Assembly (NCBI GenBank): GCA_036718335.1
Contig: DAIMBN010000003.1
Coordinates: 1,862 to 65,861 of the forward strand
Direction: 5' to 3'
DNA from: Coriobacteriaceae bacterium
GTDB lineage: Bacteria > Actinomycetota > Coriobacteriia > Coriobacteriales > Coriobacteriaceae
Length of the DNA: 64,000 nt
Shown piece after piece: positions 27,032 to 35,278 of this stretch. Position 1 is the stretch's first letter. Every line of letters starts with the position of its first letter. Made by a program: the position numbers and the translations under genes. Below the pieces are notes generated by a model. It was not told where the DNA came from. It worked only from the letters and a program-made list of their open reading frames with translations, and ran no database searches.

Positions 27032-27778
27032 CTAGAACAGGAAGCCGATGGCGATAAGGGCGATGCTGGTGATAAGTACGGCGATATCCAGGCCTTTGAT
27101 GGGGTAGCGCTTATACGAGCTCGCGCGCGTGCGCAGGTAGAAGCCGCGCTGCTCGGCGGCAAGCGCGGTGGCATCGGTCTTGCCCACGCTCGAGATAAGT
27201 AGTGGCACGCACAGCGGCAGCATAAGCTTGAGTTTCTTGACGGGATTCTTAGTGTCGTATTCGACGCCGCGTGCAGTCTGTGCCTCCATGATGGCGTTCA
27301 TTTCCTGGCCAAATACCGGCACAAAGCGCAGTGCCGTGGTAAAGGTGAAGGCATAGCGATATGGCACGTGCAGCACCTCGACGCAGGCGTTGGCGAGGTC
27401 GTTGAGCTTGGTCACCATAAGCATGAGGATGAGTGGCAGCGCCACGCCCAACAGGCGTAGGCAGGCCTTCGATCCGGTAATGAGGCCCGTGTCGGTGATA
27501 AAGCCCCACACCATGTTGCCGTCGCGCATAAAGGCCAGCTGAAGCACCAGCATGATGAGCGCGAGCGGAATCAGCAGCTTGAGCAGTGCGAGCAGACGGT
27601 CGGCGACGCCGGCGTAGGCGCCCAGTGCAAGGGTGAGCGCCAAAAAGCCCAACAGCGCCACGTAGGTGTCGGACAGGAAGATGCCGATGATGATGGCGGC
27701 GGCAAGGCCCAGTTTGACGACCGGGTTCAAGCGGTGCAGCAGTGTATCGCCCGGCATATAGTCGATGACGTTAACCAC
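27032..27778 (-). CDS. ecfT: ECF transporter transmembrane (T) component
   Basis: 248 aa, CbiQ/EcfT-like topology. The start overlaps the end of the ATPase gene. Confidence 0.8.
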   Translation of the reverse strand: MVNVIDYMPGDTLLHRLNPVVKLGLAAAIIIGIFLSDTYVALLGFLALTLALGAYAGVADRLLALLKLLIPLALIMLVLQLAFMRDGNMVWGFITDTGLITGSKACLRLLGVALPLILMLMVTKLNDLANACVEVLHVPYRYAFTFTTALRFVPVFGQEMNAIMEAQTARGVEYDTKNPVKKLKLMLPLCVPLLISSVGKTDATALAAEQRGFYLRTRASSYKRYPIKGLDIAVLITSIALIAIGFLF

Positions 27779-29522
27779 GGTGGACCATCCCCTCGGTAAT
27801 GCGAACGATATCGGTGACCTCGCTCACCTGTGCAAAGGCGGGAGAGACGGAGGATGCCAGACGACGAGAAAGCTCTATGACCTGGGGCGGCTCAACGTAG
27901 GCGCGCTGCATGAGCTCGATGTCCGAGAACAGCTCGTGCGTGCGGCCGCGCTCGAGGATGCGGCCGTCGGCCATTACCACAATGCGCTCGGCAAAGTCGG
28001 AGACGACTTCCATGTCGTGGCAGACCATGATTACAGCGCAGCCGCGCTCGGCCATGGTGCGCACCGTTTCCATCACGGTCATGCACTCGCGGTAGTCAAG
28101 GCCGCTCGTGGGCTCGTCGAGCACCACGATTTTGGGCTCTACGACCACGACGGAGGCGAGTGCCACCATCTGGCGCTGACCGCGCGAGAGCGAGAAGGGC
28201 GCCTCGTCGGCCGGCAAGCCAAAGCGGTCGATGACGAGCTGGGCGCGACGCAGCGCCTCGGCGCGGTCGATGCCGGCAAGCTCCAGGCCAAAGGCGACCT
28301 CGTCGAGCACGGTGTCCTTGCAGATCTGGCGGTCGGGGTTTTGGAAGAGGGTTGCGACTTCGCGGGCGATGCGGCTCGTGGGAACGGCTGCGGTATCCAG
28401 TCCCGTGACGCGCACGCTGCCCGAGGCGGGCTTAAGCAGGCCTGTGAGCAGCTTGGTGAGCGTGGTCTTGCCGGCGCCGTTTTGACCGACGATGCCCACG
28501 AGCTCGCCGGGATAGAGGGTCAGGTTGAGGTCGTGGACGGCGGCGCCGCCATTGAGATAGGCAAACTCAACGTGATCGAAGGTGAGCACGGGCTCGGCGT
28601 CCTTGGCGCGCGGGCGCAACGACGGTGCGTGCGGTGAGCCGGCGGGCGCCTGGGCTTCGATAGCCGCGCGTGCGGGGTCGACGATGCCCGAAATCATGCG
28701 CTCGGCCTCATCGACATCCAAGCAGGGGGTACCGCTTACCAGGCCATCGGCCTCGAGGCTATTGAAGATACGCGTGACGCGAGGGCAGTCGACGCCGATG
28801 GCACGAAGCTCGTCGGTATGCGCGAAGACCTCGTGTGGCTCGCCCTGCAGCGCGATTTCGCCATGGTTGAGCACGAGCACGCGGTTGCAGTACTCCGAGA
28901 GCAGGGCGACCTTTTGCTCAACGACGACGATGGTGATTCCAAGTGTGCGGTTTGCCTCGCGCAGCGTCTCGAAGACCAACGTGGAGCTGGCGGGGTCGAG
29001 TGCCGCGGTGGGCTCGTCGAGAACCAAGACGCGCGGGCGCATGGCGAGGATGGCGGCGATGGCTACCTTTTGCTTCTGTCCGCCCGAGAGCGTGGCAATC
29101 TCGCGGTCACGCAGGTCGCTGATGCCGACGGTCTCGAGCGTTTCGCTCAAGCGCTGCTCGATCTTGTCGTGGGGAACGCCAAAGTTCTCGAGGCCAAAGA
29201 GCATCTCGTCCTCGACGATCGAAGCGACCATCTGCGTGTCGATATCCTGTAGCACACTGCCGACGATTTGCGACACGTCGGTCAGCGAGACCTCGCAGGT
29301 GTCGTGGCCGTCAACCATGACGGACCCAAAGAACGTGCCGGTGTAGTGGTGGGGCACGGCACCTGACAGGCAGGCGGCAAGCGTGGACTTGCCGGCGCCC
29401 GAGGGCCCGATGATGCCGATGAAATCTCCCTTGTTCACGCTGAGCGAGATGTGGCTGAGCGCCTGCTCGGTCTGCGTGCCATAGGAGAACGAGACATCGT
29501 CGACGTTGATGATCGTTTCCAT
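27771..29522 (-). CDS. ecfA: ECF transporter ATPase, fused duplicated ABC ATPase (EcfA1-EcfA2)
   Basis: Two Walker A motifs (GPSGAGKST, GQNGAGKTT), two signature motifs (LSGGQKQ, LSRGQRQ) and two Walker B motifs in 583 aa. Confidence 0.9.
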   Translation of the reverse strand: METIINVDDVSFSYGTQTEQALSHISLSVNKGDFIGIIGPSGAGKSTLAACLSGAVPHHYTGTFFGSVMVDGHDTCEVSLTDVSQIVGSVLQDIDTQMVASIVEDEMLFGLENFGVPHDKIEQRLSETLETVGISDLRDREIATLSGGQKQKVAIAAILAMRPRVLVLDEPTAALDPASSTLVFETLREANRTLGITIVVVEQKVALLSEYCNRVLVLNHGEIALQGEPHEVFAHTDELRAIGVDCPRVTRIFNSLEADGLVSGTPCLDVDEAERMISGIVDPARAAIEAQAPAGSPHAPSLRPRAKDAEPVLTFDHVEFAYLNGGAAVHDLNLTLYPGELVGIVGQNGAGKTTLTKLLTGLLKPASGSVRVTGLDTAAVPTSRIAREVATLFQNPDRQICKDTVLDEVAFGLELAGIDRAEALRRAQLVIDRFGLPADEAPFSLSRGQRQMVALASVVVVEPKIVVLDEPTSGLDYRECMTVMETVRTMAERGCAVIMVCHDMEVVSDFAERIVVMADGRILERGRTHELFSDIELMQRAYVEPPQVIELSRRLASSVSPAFAQVSEVTDIVRITEGMVHRG

Positions 29523-29575
29523 GGATACCTTTCATAGTCATTGGGGACGTTCTTTGGTGGTGGGGCAGCGATGAG

Positions 29576-30148
29576 TTAGTTGAGCTTCAGGGCCTTCTGG
29601 ATGGGCAGATAGAGGGCGCCGACCAGAATGGCGTTAAAGACGGCGGTCATGGCGACGACGGGCAGCATGGCGGCGGCGAGCTCGCCTACCACGCCGAGCA
29701 TGGCCATCTTGATGACCATGAAGATGACGCCGGAGACAAAGGTGGTCAGGAAGGTTGCGACAATAGCGATGACGGGCTTGACCTGACCGTTCTTGCCGGC
29801 GGCGTTGACGATGCCGGCCATGAGCATGGCGGCGATGCCCTCGGCGGCAAAATCGACGAACGGCGAAGTGGTGGTGATCTGGATCACGGCAGCCGAGATG
29901 AGGCCAATAACGAGCGCCTGGCCGATGTTGGGACGAACGACCAGGATGGTGAGGCAGAAGGCCGAGATGATGAACTCGGGGCTGATCATGCCGCCCGAGA
30001 TGCCCGAGATTGCCTTGCCGACGGTGAAGTTGAGGATGAAGCCGGCAGCGAGCAGGATGGCGAGCAGGACGAGGGCACGGACGTCGAGTTTGCCGCGGTC
30101 GGCGGTCTGGACGGTGCGGGGCTGGGCGGCGGTGGTGTTCTGAGACAT
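29576..30148 (-). CDS. trpP: ECF S-component, TrpP-like (putative tryptophan-specific)
   Basis: Start ATG 30146-30148 (MSQNTTAAQ...). About 190 aa with 5-6 TM segments. GGMISPEFIISAFCLTILVVRPNIGQALVIGLISAAVIQITT resembles Bacillus TrpP (YhaG). A Trp-codon leader lies upstream. Confidence 0.65.
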   Translation of the reverse strand: MSQNTTAAQPRTVQTADRGKLDVRALVLLAILLAAGFILNFTVGKAISGISGGMISPEFIISAFCLTILVVRPNIGQALVIGLISAAVIQITTTSPFVDFAAEGIAAMLMAGIVNAAGKNGQVKPVIAIVATFLTTFVSGVIFMVIKMAMLGVVGELAAAMLPVVAMTAVFNAILVGALYLPIQKALKLN

Positions 30149-30225
30149 GGTGAAAATCCTTTCGGAATGGGAGTGCAAGAGAAAAGCGGGGGCGCGTGAT
30201 GCGAATGCGATCGGGCTCGAGATAG

Positions 30226-30257
30226 AAAAAGGCCCCCGGTCGAAACCGGAGGCCTTT
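30226..30257 (-). terminator. Intrinsic terminator inside the trpP leader (attenuator)
   Basis: Minus strand: AAAGGCCTCCGGT TTCG ACCGGGGGCCTTTTTC, located between the leader ORF stop (30293) and the trpP start (30148). Confidence 0.75.
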
Positions 30258-30292
30258 CAATCACCTAGAGCGCAAAAACAGGCGTGAGGGAC

Positions 30293-30361
30293 TCACTGTC
30301 GACCGATCGTATTCGCATCACGCCACCACCAGTTGTTAAGAGACTTCATCGTGTTCTTCAT
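30293..30361 (-). CDS. 22-codon leader peptide with three consecutive Trp codons (not in ORF track)
   Basis: AAAGGAG-N8-ATG. Translation MKNTMKSLNNWWWRDANTIGRQ*, with TGG TGG TGG at 30323-30331. Confidence 0.7.
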   Translation of the reverse strand: MKNTMKSLNNWWWRDANTIGRQ

Positions 30362-30419
30362 GTCGGTGGCTCCTTTCGTGATGCCATGGCGCGGTCGCAC
30401 CTAGTTGCTGTTGCGCTGC

Positions 30420-30425
30420 ACTATA
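30420..30425 (-). promoter_or_regulatory. Candidate extended -10 (TGcTATAGT) for the trpP leader transcript
   Basis: The minus strand reads ...CTTTGCTGTGCTATAGTGCAGCG... about 50 nt upstream of the leader ATG. The -35 element is weak. Confidence 0.3.
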
Positions 30426-30490
30426 GCACAGCAAAGTGCGTGCGGGGAAATCTTTTTTGAAAAGATTTCAGGCGGGTTTCCCGCCGGTCA

Positions 30491-30543
30491 AAAGAGTGGG
30501 CTGAGCGGGCGAGAGGCTGCCATTGCTGCCTTGCCCGCTCAGC
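30491..30543 (-). terminator. Terminator after the C69 peptidase gene
   Basis: 11-bp perfect stem GCTGAGCGGGC / GCCCGCTCAGC followed on the minus strand by CCACTCTTTTG. Confidence 0.6.
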
Positions 30544-30550
30544 TAAGACG

Positions 30551-32482
30551 TTACTCCTTATTGCGACGGTAGAGGAAGTAACCGCCCGCGGAGATGACGG
30601 CAACGCCAGCGATGGCGAATGCGGCCACCATGCGGCCATCAAAACGATCGCCAGTGGTGGGCAGGCCGCCCTTGGTGTTCGTCTTGTTAGTGGTTACCGT
30701 GGTCGTGGTGTCGGACTTGCCAGGCTTCTCAGGCTTGGCGGCCGGCTGCTCGGGCTTAGCGGGCTGCTCGGGAGTGCCAGGCTGCTCAGGAGTGCCGGGC
30801 TGATCCGGGGTGACCGGATCGGTGGCAAGAGCATCCTTGGCGTAGGTGATGGACACCTTGAGGCCGTTGGTCTCGGTGTTCAGGTCGCTTGGGGTAAAGG
30901 GCTGGTCGAAGTTTTCGGCCTTCTGATAGGCGCGCATCTCCTGGAGCAGTGCCTTGCACTTCTTGTAGGTGTTCTCGGTAGCAGCCTTGCCGGCCTTGTT
31001 GGCCAGGGCAGTGCGGCCCTCGGTGGTCGTCTCGGCCAGCATGGCGGCGTCAACTTCCTTGTTCTGCTCGATAAGCTCGTTCTGGAGCGCATCGAGGTAG
31101 GCACGGACGCTGACACCAAGGGTGTCAGGGTTCTCGAAGCAGAGCGAGCTGATGTCCATGAGGACGTAGTTGATTGAGTTCTCGGGCTCCTCGTTGTACA
31201 CGACGTCAGTCTGGTTGCAGTGATCAAAGGAGACGGTCTGATCGCTGAAGTACGGGCTGACCTCAGTTATCAGAGCGGAGTACAACGGGATGGCGACGGA
31301 GTACGCGGCGCGGGAGAGCATTTCCCACTGGATGGTAGCGACTTCGGGGTCATACCCGCGACGAATCTGGAAGAGGTTGATCTCGGTGTTGCGCTCGCTG
31401 CCGATGCAATAAACACCATCAGTGTTCGCGTTGAGGCCAGGGACGTTCTCGCCGCGGTTGCCAAAGGCACGAATCAGCTCAAAGGTGCTCCAGCCAGACT
31501 TGCCAGGCCTGAAGAACAGGGGCTGGATTTCGCTGACCATGGCTCCCTTTTGGTCAGGTTTTCCATCCTTCTTTACTGTGATAATGTCGTAATCTGTGCC
31601 TTCGGTCAGCTGACTACCAAAATAATCGCGGCCTTGCACATAGCGGGACCACTGGTTTACGCCGGAATCGGCGAGGCTCTCGCCATACGTTTGGGCGACA
31701 TCGAATTTGCCGTCAGCGGAGTATTTGGCGAAGCCCTTCTCCACGGGCATGGACTCGATGCCCTCGGAGTGTAGGCAGTTCTCGGGGTCATCAAGGTCGA
31801 CATCGTAGTTGAGGCTCCCGATATTAGGGTTGAGCGACGCGACGTCGTCAGCGAGCTTCATGGCGATCCACTGATGGGCGGAAAGTGTGGCGAACAGCCA
31901 GGTCTCGTTGTTGTCGGCGATGATGATCTGGTCGTTGGTGCAGACGCCTTGATCATCGATCAGTCTGCCGAGAAGCTCGACGCCCTCGCGGGCCGTGGCG
32001 CTCTCGCCCAGGATGATGCTGCCGTAACTGTACTCGCCCAGACCCACTTTCTCATCGATGTGGTCTGCTGCATCGGCCTCCTCGTTATAGGAAGTGCTTA
32101 GCGTGGCAGAGCAGGAGACGCCCTTCTCGTTGATTCCGGCTTCGGAATAGGCGTCGGTGCGACCCATCCAGTTGGAGGGGTGGTCGCGTACATAGCTGTA
32201 ACGATAGGTAGGCTTGTTCGAAGTGTATTCAAAAGCAGATTCAATCGAGCTGTACTTAAAGCCAGGTTCGTGGGCAGGTTCGATGCCGTAGTGCTTAAGA
32301 TAGCGCTTGCCAAAGTCCTCGGCGCGGCCGTAGTACGTATTGCCGTCGGCCGTATAGTTTTTGCCCATGTACATCTGCGTGCAGGCGAGCGCAGATGTCG
32401 GCATGGACATGATGGTTGCAGCTCCAAAGGCGAGGCCTATGCCTAGCTTCTTGAGCGCGTTGACGGGGTGAGTTTTCCTCAT
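30551..32482 (-). CDS. C69-family dipeptidase, secreted and LPXTG cell-wall anchored
   Basis: Signal peptide, then the mature N-terminal nucleophile ...ALA|CTQMYMGKNYTADGNTYYGRAEDF. Pro-rich PGTPEQ repeats follow, then LPTTG, a TM helix and an RRNKE sortase signal. Confidence 0.8.
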   Translation of the reverse strand: MRKTHPVNALKKLGIGLAFGAATIMSMPTSALACTQMYMGKNYTADGNTYYGRAEDFGKRYLKHYGIEPAHEPGFKYSSIESAFEYTSNKPTYRYSYVRDHPSNWMGRTDAYSEAGINEKGVSCSATLSTSYNEEADAADHIDEKVGLGEYSYGSIILGESATAREGVELLGRLIDDQGVCTNDQIIIADNNETWLFATLSAHQWIAMKLADDVASLNPNIGSLNYDVDLDDPENCLHSEGIESMPVEKGFAKYSADGKFDVAQTYGESLADSGVNQWSRYVQGRDYFGSQLTEGTDYDIITVKKDGKPDQKGAMVSEIQPLFFRPGKSGWSTFELIRAFGNRGENVPGLNANTDGVYCIGSERNTEINLFQIRRGYDPEVATIQWEMLSRAAYSVAIPLYSALITEVSPYFSDQTVSFDHCNQTDVVYNEEPENSINYVLMDISSLCFENPDTLGVSVRAYLDALQNELIEQNKEVDAAMLAETTTEGRTALANKAGKAATENTYKKCKALLQEMRAYQKAENFDQPFTPSDLNTETNGLKVSITYAKDALATDPVTPDQPGTPEQPGTPEQPAKPEQPAAKPEKPGKSDTTTTVTTNKTNTKGGLPTTGDRFDGRMVAAFAIAGVAVISAGGYFLYRRNKE

Positions 32483-32707
32483 TTTCCCTCCCAGCGTGCG
32501 AAAGCCCTCTGTCGCCAGAGGGCTTCAGCCAATAAAGACACCCCATTAGCGTAACGAACTGGAAACAATATTCATCTATGAAAGACACTTACTCGATAAG
32601 CGTGATGAAATATGCGACGAGCGGTTAATTGTACTCAGTTTGTAGCTTTACTTTAATAAAGACGCCCTGTAATTACTGTAGCCGAATAAAGTAGCTGGGA
32701 ATGCCTG

Positions 32708-32753
32708 AAATGAAAATCCCCTGCTGTTTGGCAAATGCATAAACAGCAGGGGA
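32708..32753 (-). terminator. Terminator after the dagK / small-peptide unit
   Basis: Minus strand: TCCCCTGCTGTTT ATGCATTTGCC AAACAGCAGGGGA TTTTCATTTC. Confidence 0.65.
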
Positions 32754-32788
32754 GACGATAATTGGATGAATATCATACCAATGTGGAA

Positions 32789-32881
32789 TTACTTCTTCCG
32801 GCGGTGAATCACGTTGATCGCATAGCCGACGAGCATGGCCAAAACGATGATGATAAAGCCGAGCAGGGGATTGTCGTTCAT
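32789..32881 (-). CDS. 30-aa hydrophobic peptide (not in ORF track)
   Basis: GGAGGACCCT-ATG lies 10 nt after the dagK-like stop. Translation MNDNPLLGFIIIVLAMLVGYAINVIHRRKK: one TM helix plus a basic tail. Confidence 0.4.
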   Translation of the reverse strand: MNDNPLLGFIIIVLAMLVGYAINVIHRRKK

Positions 32882-32890
32882 AGGGTCCTC

Positions 32891-33808
32891 CTATTTTCCG
32901 AGCGGGGAGAATTCGTCGACGATGAGGTCGAGGCATTGTGGAAGCGCGCGGGCTCCAAAGACGCCCGAATTGCTGGAGATAATCTCGCCATCGAACTGCA
33001 TGCCCAGCGACGGGGTGCAGGTGATCTTGGCTTCCTTGGTCTGGATGATCTTGAACTGCGGGCGCCCGAGTACCTTGCCGGCGGGGTCGAGTGCGGCGGT
33101 GATCACGGTAGGTAGCAGCTGCACGGTGCGCACGGGTTCGATGACCGCAATGTCGACCATGCCATCGTTCATACGGCAGTCGGGGAACAGGTTGATGTCG
33201 TTTTGGATGACCGAGGTGTTGCCGGCCATGCAGCAGATGCCGTCGAGCTCCTCGACAATGCCGTCATGCTCAATCGTAAAGTGCGCCACCGTGGGATTGG
33301 GCGTGGCGAGCGCGGAGAGGAAGTAGGCGATCTCGCCGATGTCGTTTTTGGTGGGGGCGGCCTTCATCATGATCTCGGCGTCGAAGCCCGAGCCGGCGAT
33401 GATGATAAAGCCGTGGTGCTTCTCGTTGCCGTTCTCGTCGAGCCAAAAGAGCTCACCCATGTCGACTTTGACCGTGCGACCGGCACGGCAGGCCTTGGCG
33501 AGCGCCGCTGCCTCGGGGGCATTGCCGATGTTGTTGAAGAACAGGCAGGCTGTGCCGGAGGGGAAGACGAGCGTGGGGACACCGCACCCGCGCATCTGGT
33601 CGAGCACGTTGGAGACGGTGCCGTCGCCGCCCGAAACGACCACGCGGTCAAACTCGCGCACGTCTGCCACGGCATCCTCGGGCTCCATGCCATCGCCGAT
33701 AAAACGCATCACGACCTCGTCGCCGCCCTGCGCGAGGGCGTGCGTGAATGCGTAGATTTCATCTGAGCTGGGGCCCGATGCCGGGTTGTGGATGATAAGG
33801 CAGCGCAT
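32891..33808 (-). CDS. Diacylglycerol/lipid kinase family protein (YegS/DagK-like)
   Basis: MRCLIIHNPASG... and the VVVSGGDGTV motif; 305 aa. Confidence 0.8.
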   Translation of the reverse strand: MRCLIIHNPASGPSSDEIYAFTHALAQGGDEVVMRFIGDGMEPEDAVADVREFDRVVVSGGDGTVSNVLDQMRGCGVPTLVFPSGTACLFFNNIGNAPEAAALAKACRAGRTVKVDMGELFWLDENGNEKHHGFIIIAGSGFDAEIMMKAAPTKNDIGEIAYFLSALATPNPTVAHFTIEHDGIVEELDGICCMAGNTSVIQNDINLFPDCRMNDGMVDIAVIEPVRTVQLLPTVITAALDPAGKVLGRPQFKIIQTKEAKITCTPSLGMQFDGEIISSNSGVFGARALPQCLDLIVDEFSPLGK

Positions 33809-33906
33809 ACTTACGTTCCCGTTCTGTGACTAACCGAGTATAGTTGTAAGGCAATGCCGATATCCTACCCGTGTTTTTCGGGCCTAACCTTATTCGATGG
33901 GTTGAT

Positions 33907-35040
33907 ATGTACATTTCCACACATCAGGCTCTACTCGACTTTTGCCAGCGCGCCCGTGAGTTCGACGCGATTGCCGTCGATACCGAGTTTTTGCGCGAGC
34001 GCACGTTCCATCCGCGTCTATGTTTGGTTCAGATTGCCACCCCTGCTGAGAGCGTCGCGGTCGATCCCCTGGTAATCGACGACCTATCGCCGCTGGCCGA
34101 GCTTATGGCCGACGAGAGCGTGACCAAGGTCTTCCACGCGTGCTCGCAGGATATGGAGGTCATGCTCCATACCGTGGGCGTGCTGCCACGACCGATTTTT
34201 GACACGCAGGTGGCCGCCGCCTTTTTGGGCGAGCGCCAGCAGATTTCGTATGGCGCGCTTGTTCAGACGTTCTGCGGTGTATCGCTGCCCAAGACCGAGT
34301 CGCTGACTGACTGGTCGCGCCGCCCGCTGACCGATAAGCAGATTGAGTATGCGATCGACGACGTCAAGTACCTGATCGTCGCCTATACCGAGATGATGAG
34401 CCGTCTGCGCGAGCTGGGCCGTGTGGACTGGGTGCTCGACGAGTTGCGCCCGCTGGCTGACGAGTCGCACTATCGCGCCGATCGCCACGAGGCGTTCCGC
34501 AAGGTCAAACGCATCAATTCGTGTAGCCGTCATCAGTTGGGCATCGCGCGCGAGCTCGCCGCTTGGCGCGAGGATCGCGCCGAGCGCCGTAACATCCCGC
34601 GCAAGTGGGTCATGTCCGACGACACGCTGCTTGCGCTCGTTAAGCGCAATCCCGTGCGCGTTGAGGAGTTCCGTAGCATTCGCGGTACCGATCAGTTGGG
34701 GGAGCGCGACGTGGACGGTGCGCTCATGGCCATCAAGCGCGGCGCGAGCTGCCCGCACGATCGCCTGCCGCTCATGGTGCGCGGGCACCGTCAGATTTCG
34801 CCGGAGTTGGAGAGCGTGACGGACCTGATGTATGCGCTCATTCGCCTAGTTGCCGAGCGCTCGGGCGTGGCGACCTCGGTCATTGCCTCGCGCGATGACC
34901 TGGCCGACTACATTGAGCATCCCGAGCAGAGCCCCCTGCGCGAAGGCTGGCGCTTTGAGCTCGTGGGTTCGCGTCTAGACGATCTGCTTTCCGGCAATAT
35001 GGGGTTGACGGTGAAGGACGGCAAAATCGAGCTCCTGTAG
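33907..35040 (+). CDS. rnd: Ribonuclease D
   Basis: DEDD exonuclease motifs (AVDTEF, HACSQDMEV, YAIDDV) plus an HRDC-like C-terminus. Start ATG 33907. Confidence 0.85.
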   Translation: MYISTHQALLDFCQRAREFDAIAVDTEFLRERTFHPRLCLVQIATPAESVAVDPLVIDDLSPLAELMADESVTKVFHACSQDMEVMLHTVGVLPRPIFDTQVAAAFLGERQQISYGALVQTFCGVSLPKTESLTDWSRRPLTDKQIEYAIDDVKYLIVAYTEMMSRLRELGRVDWVLDELRPLADESHYRADRHEAFRKVKRINSCSRHQLGIARELAAWREDRAERRNIPRKWVMSDDTLLALVKRNPVRVEEFRSIRGTDQLGERDVDGALMAIKRGASCPHDRLPLMVRGHRQISPELESVTDLMYALIRLVAERSGVATSVIASRDDLADYIEHPEQSPLREGWRFELVGSRLDDLLSGNMGLTVKDGKIELL

Positions 35041-35047
35041 GTATATA

Positions 35048-35194
35048 GTTACGCGGTTTTACCAAACCGCGTAACAGCTCGACGCTGCAAACGGCCGAGA
35101 GCGGCAATCTGACGTTCAATCGTCGCTCGCGTACCAAAGTACGCGTCGCTTCTCTTTCACGTCACCTTGCTCGCTCTCGGCCGTTTTCGCTGAC
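35048..35194 (+). repeat. Family-1 structured intergenic repeat, copy B (directly 3' of rnd)
   Basis: GTTACGCGGTTTTACCAAACCGCGTAAC hairpin, then a long imperfect hairpin: GCAAACGGCCGAGAGCG-GCAATCTGACGTTCAATCGTCG-[CGCGTAC CAAA GTACGCG]-CTCTTTCACGTCACCTTGCTCG-CTCTCGGCCGTTTTCGC. Confidence 0.85.
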
Positions 35195-35278
35195 ATTGCC
35201 AAAACATCGATGTTGATTTGCTGGTCAGTCGAATGGGTAGAATGCCTCTAACGTGTAACTCGATTCGGAGGAATTCGC

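Noticed and set aside
29576-30178. Longer version of the S-component ORF starting at 30178 (MHSHSERIFTMSQ...)
   Set aside because: The extra 10 codons overlap the leader/terminator-proximal region and have no SD. ATG 30146-30148 is preceded by GAAAGGA at proper spacing.
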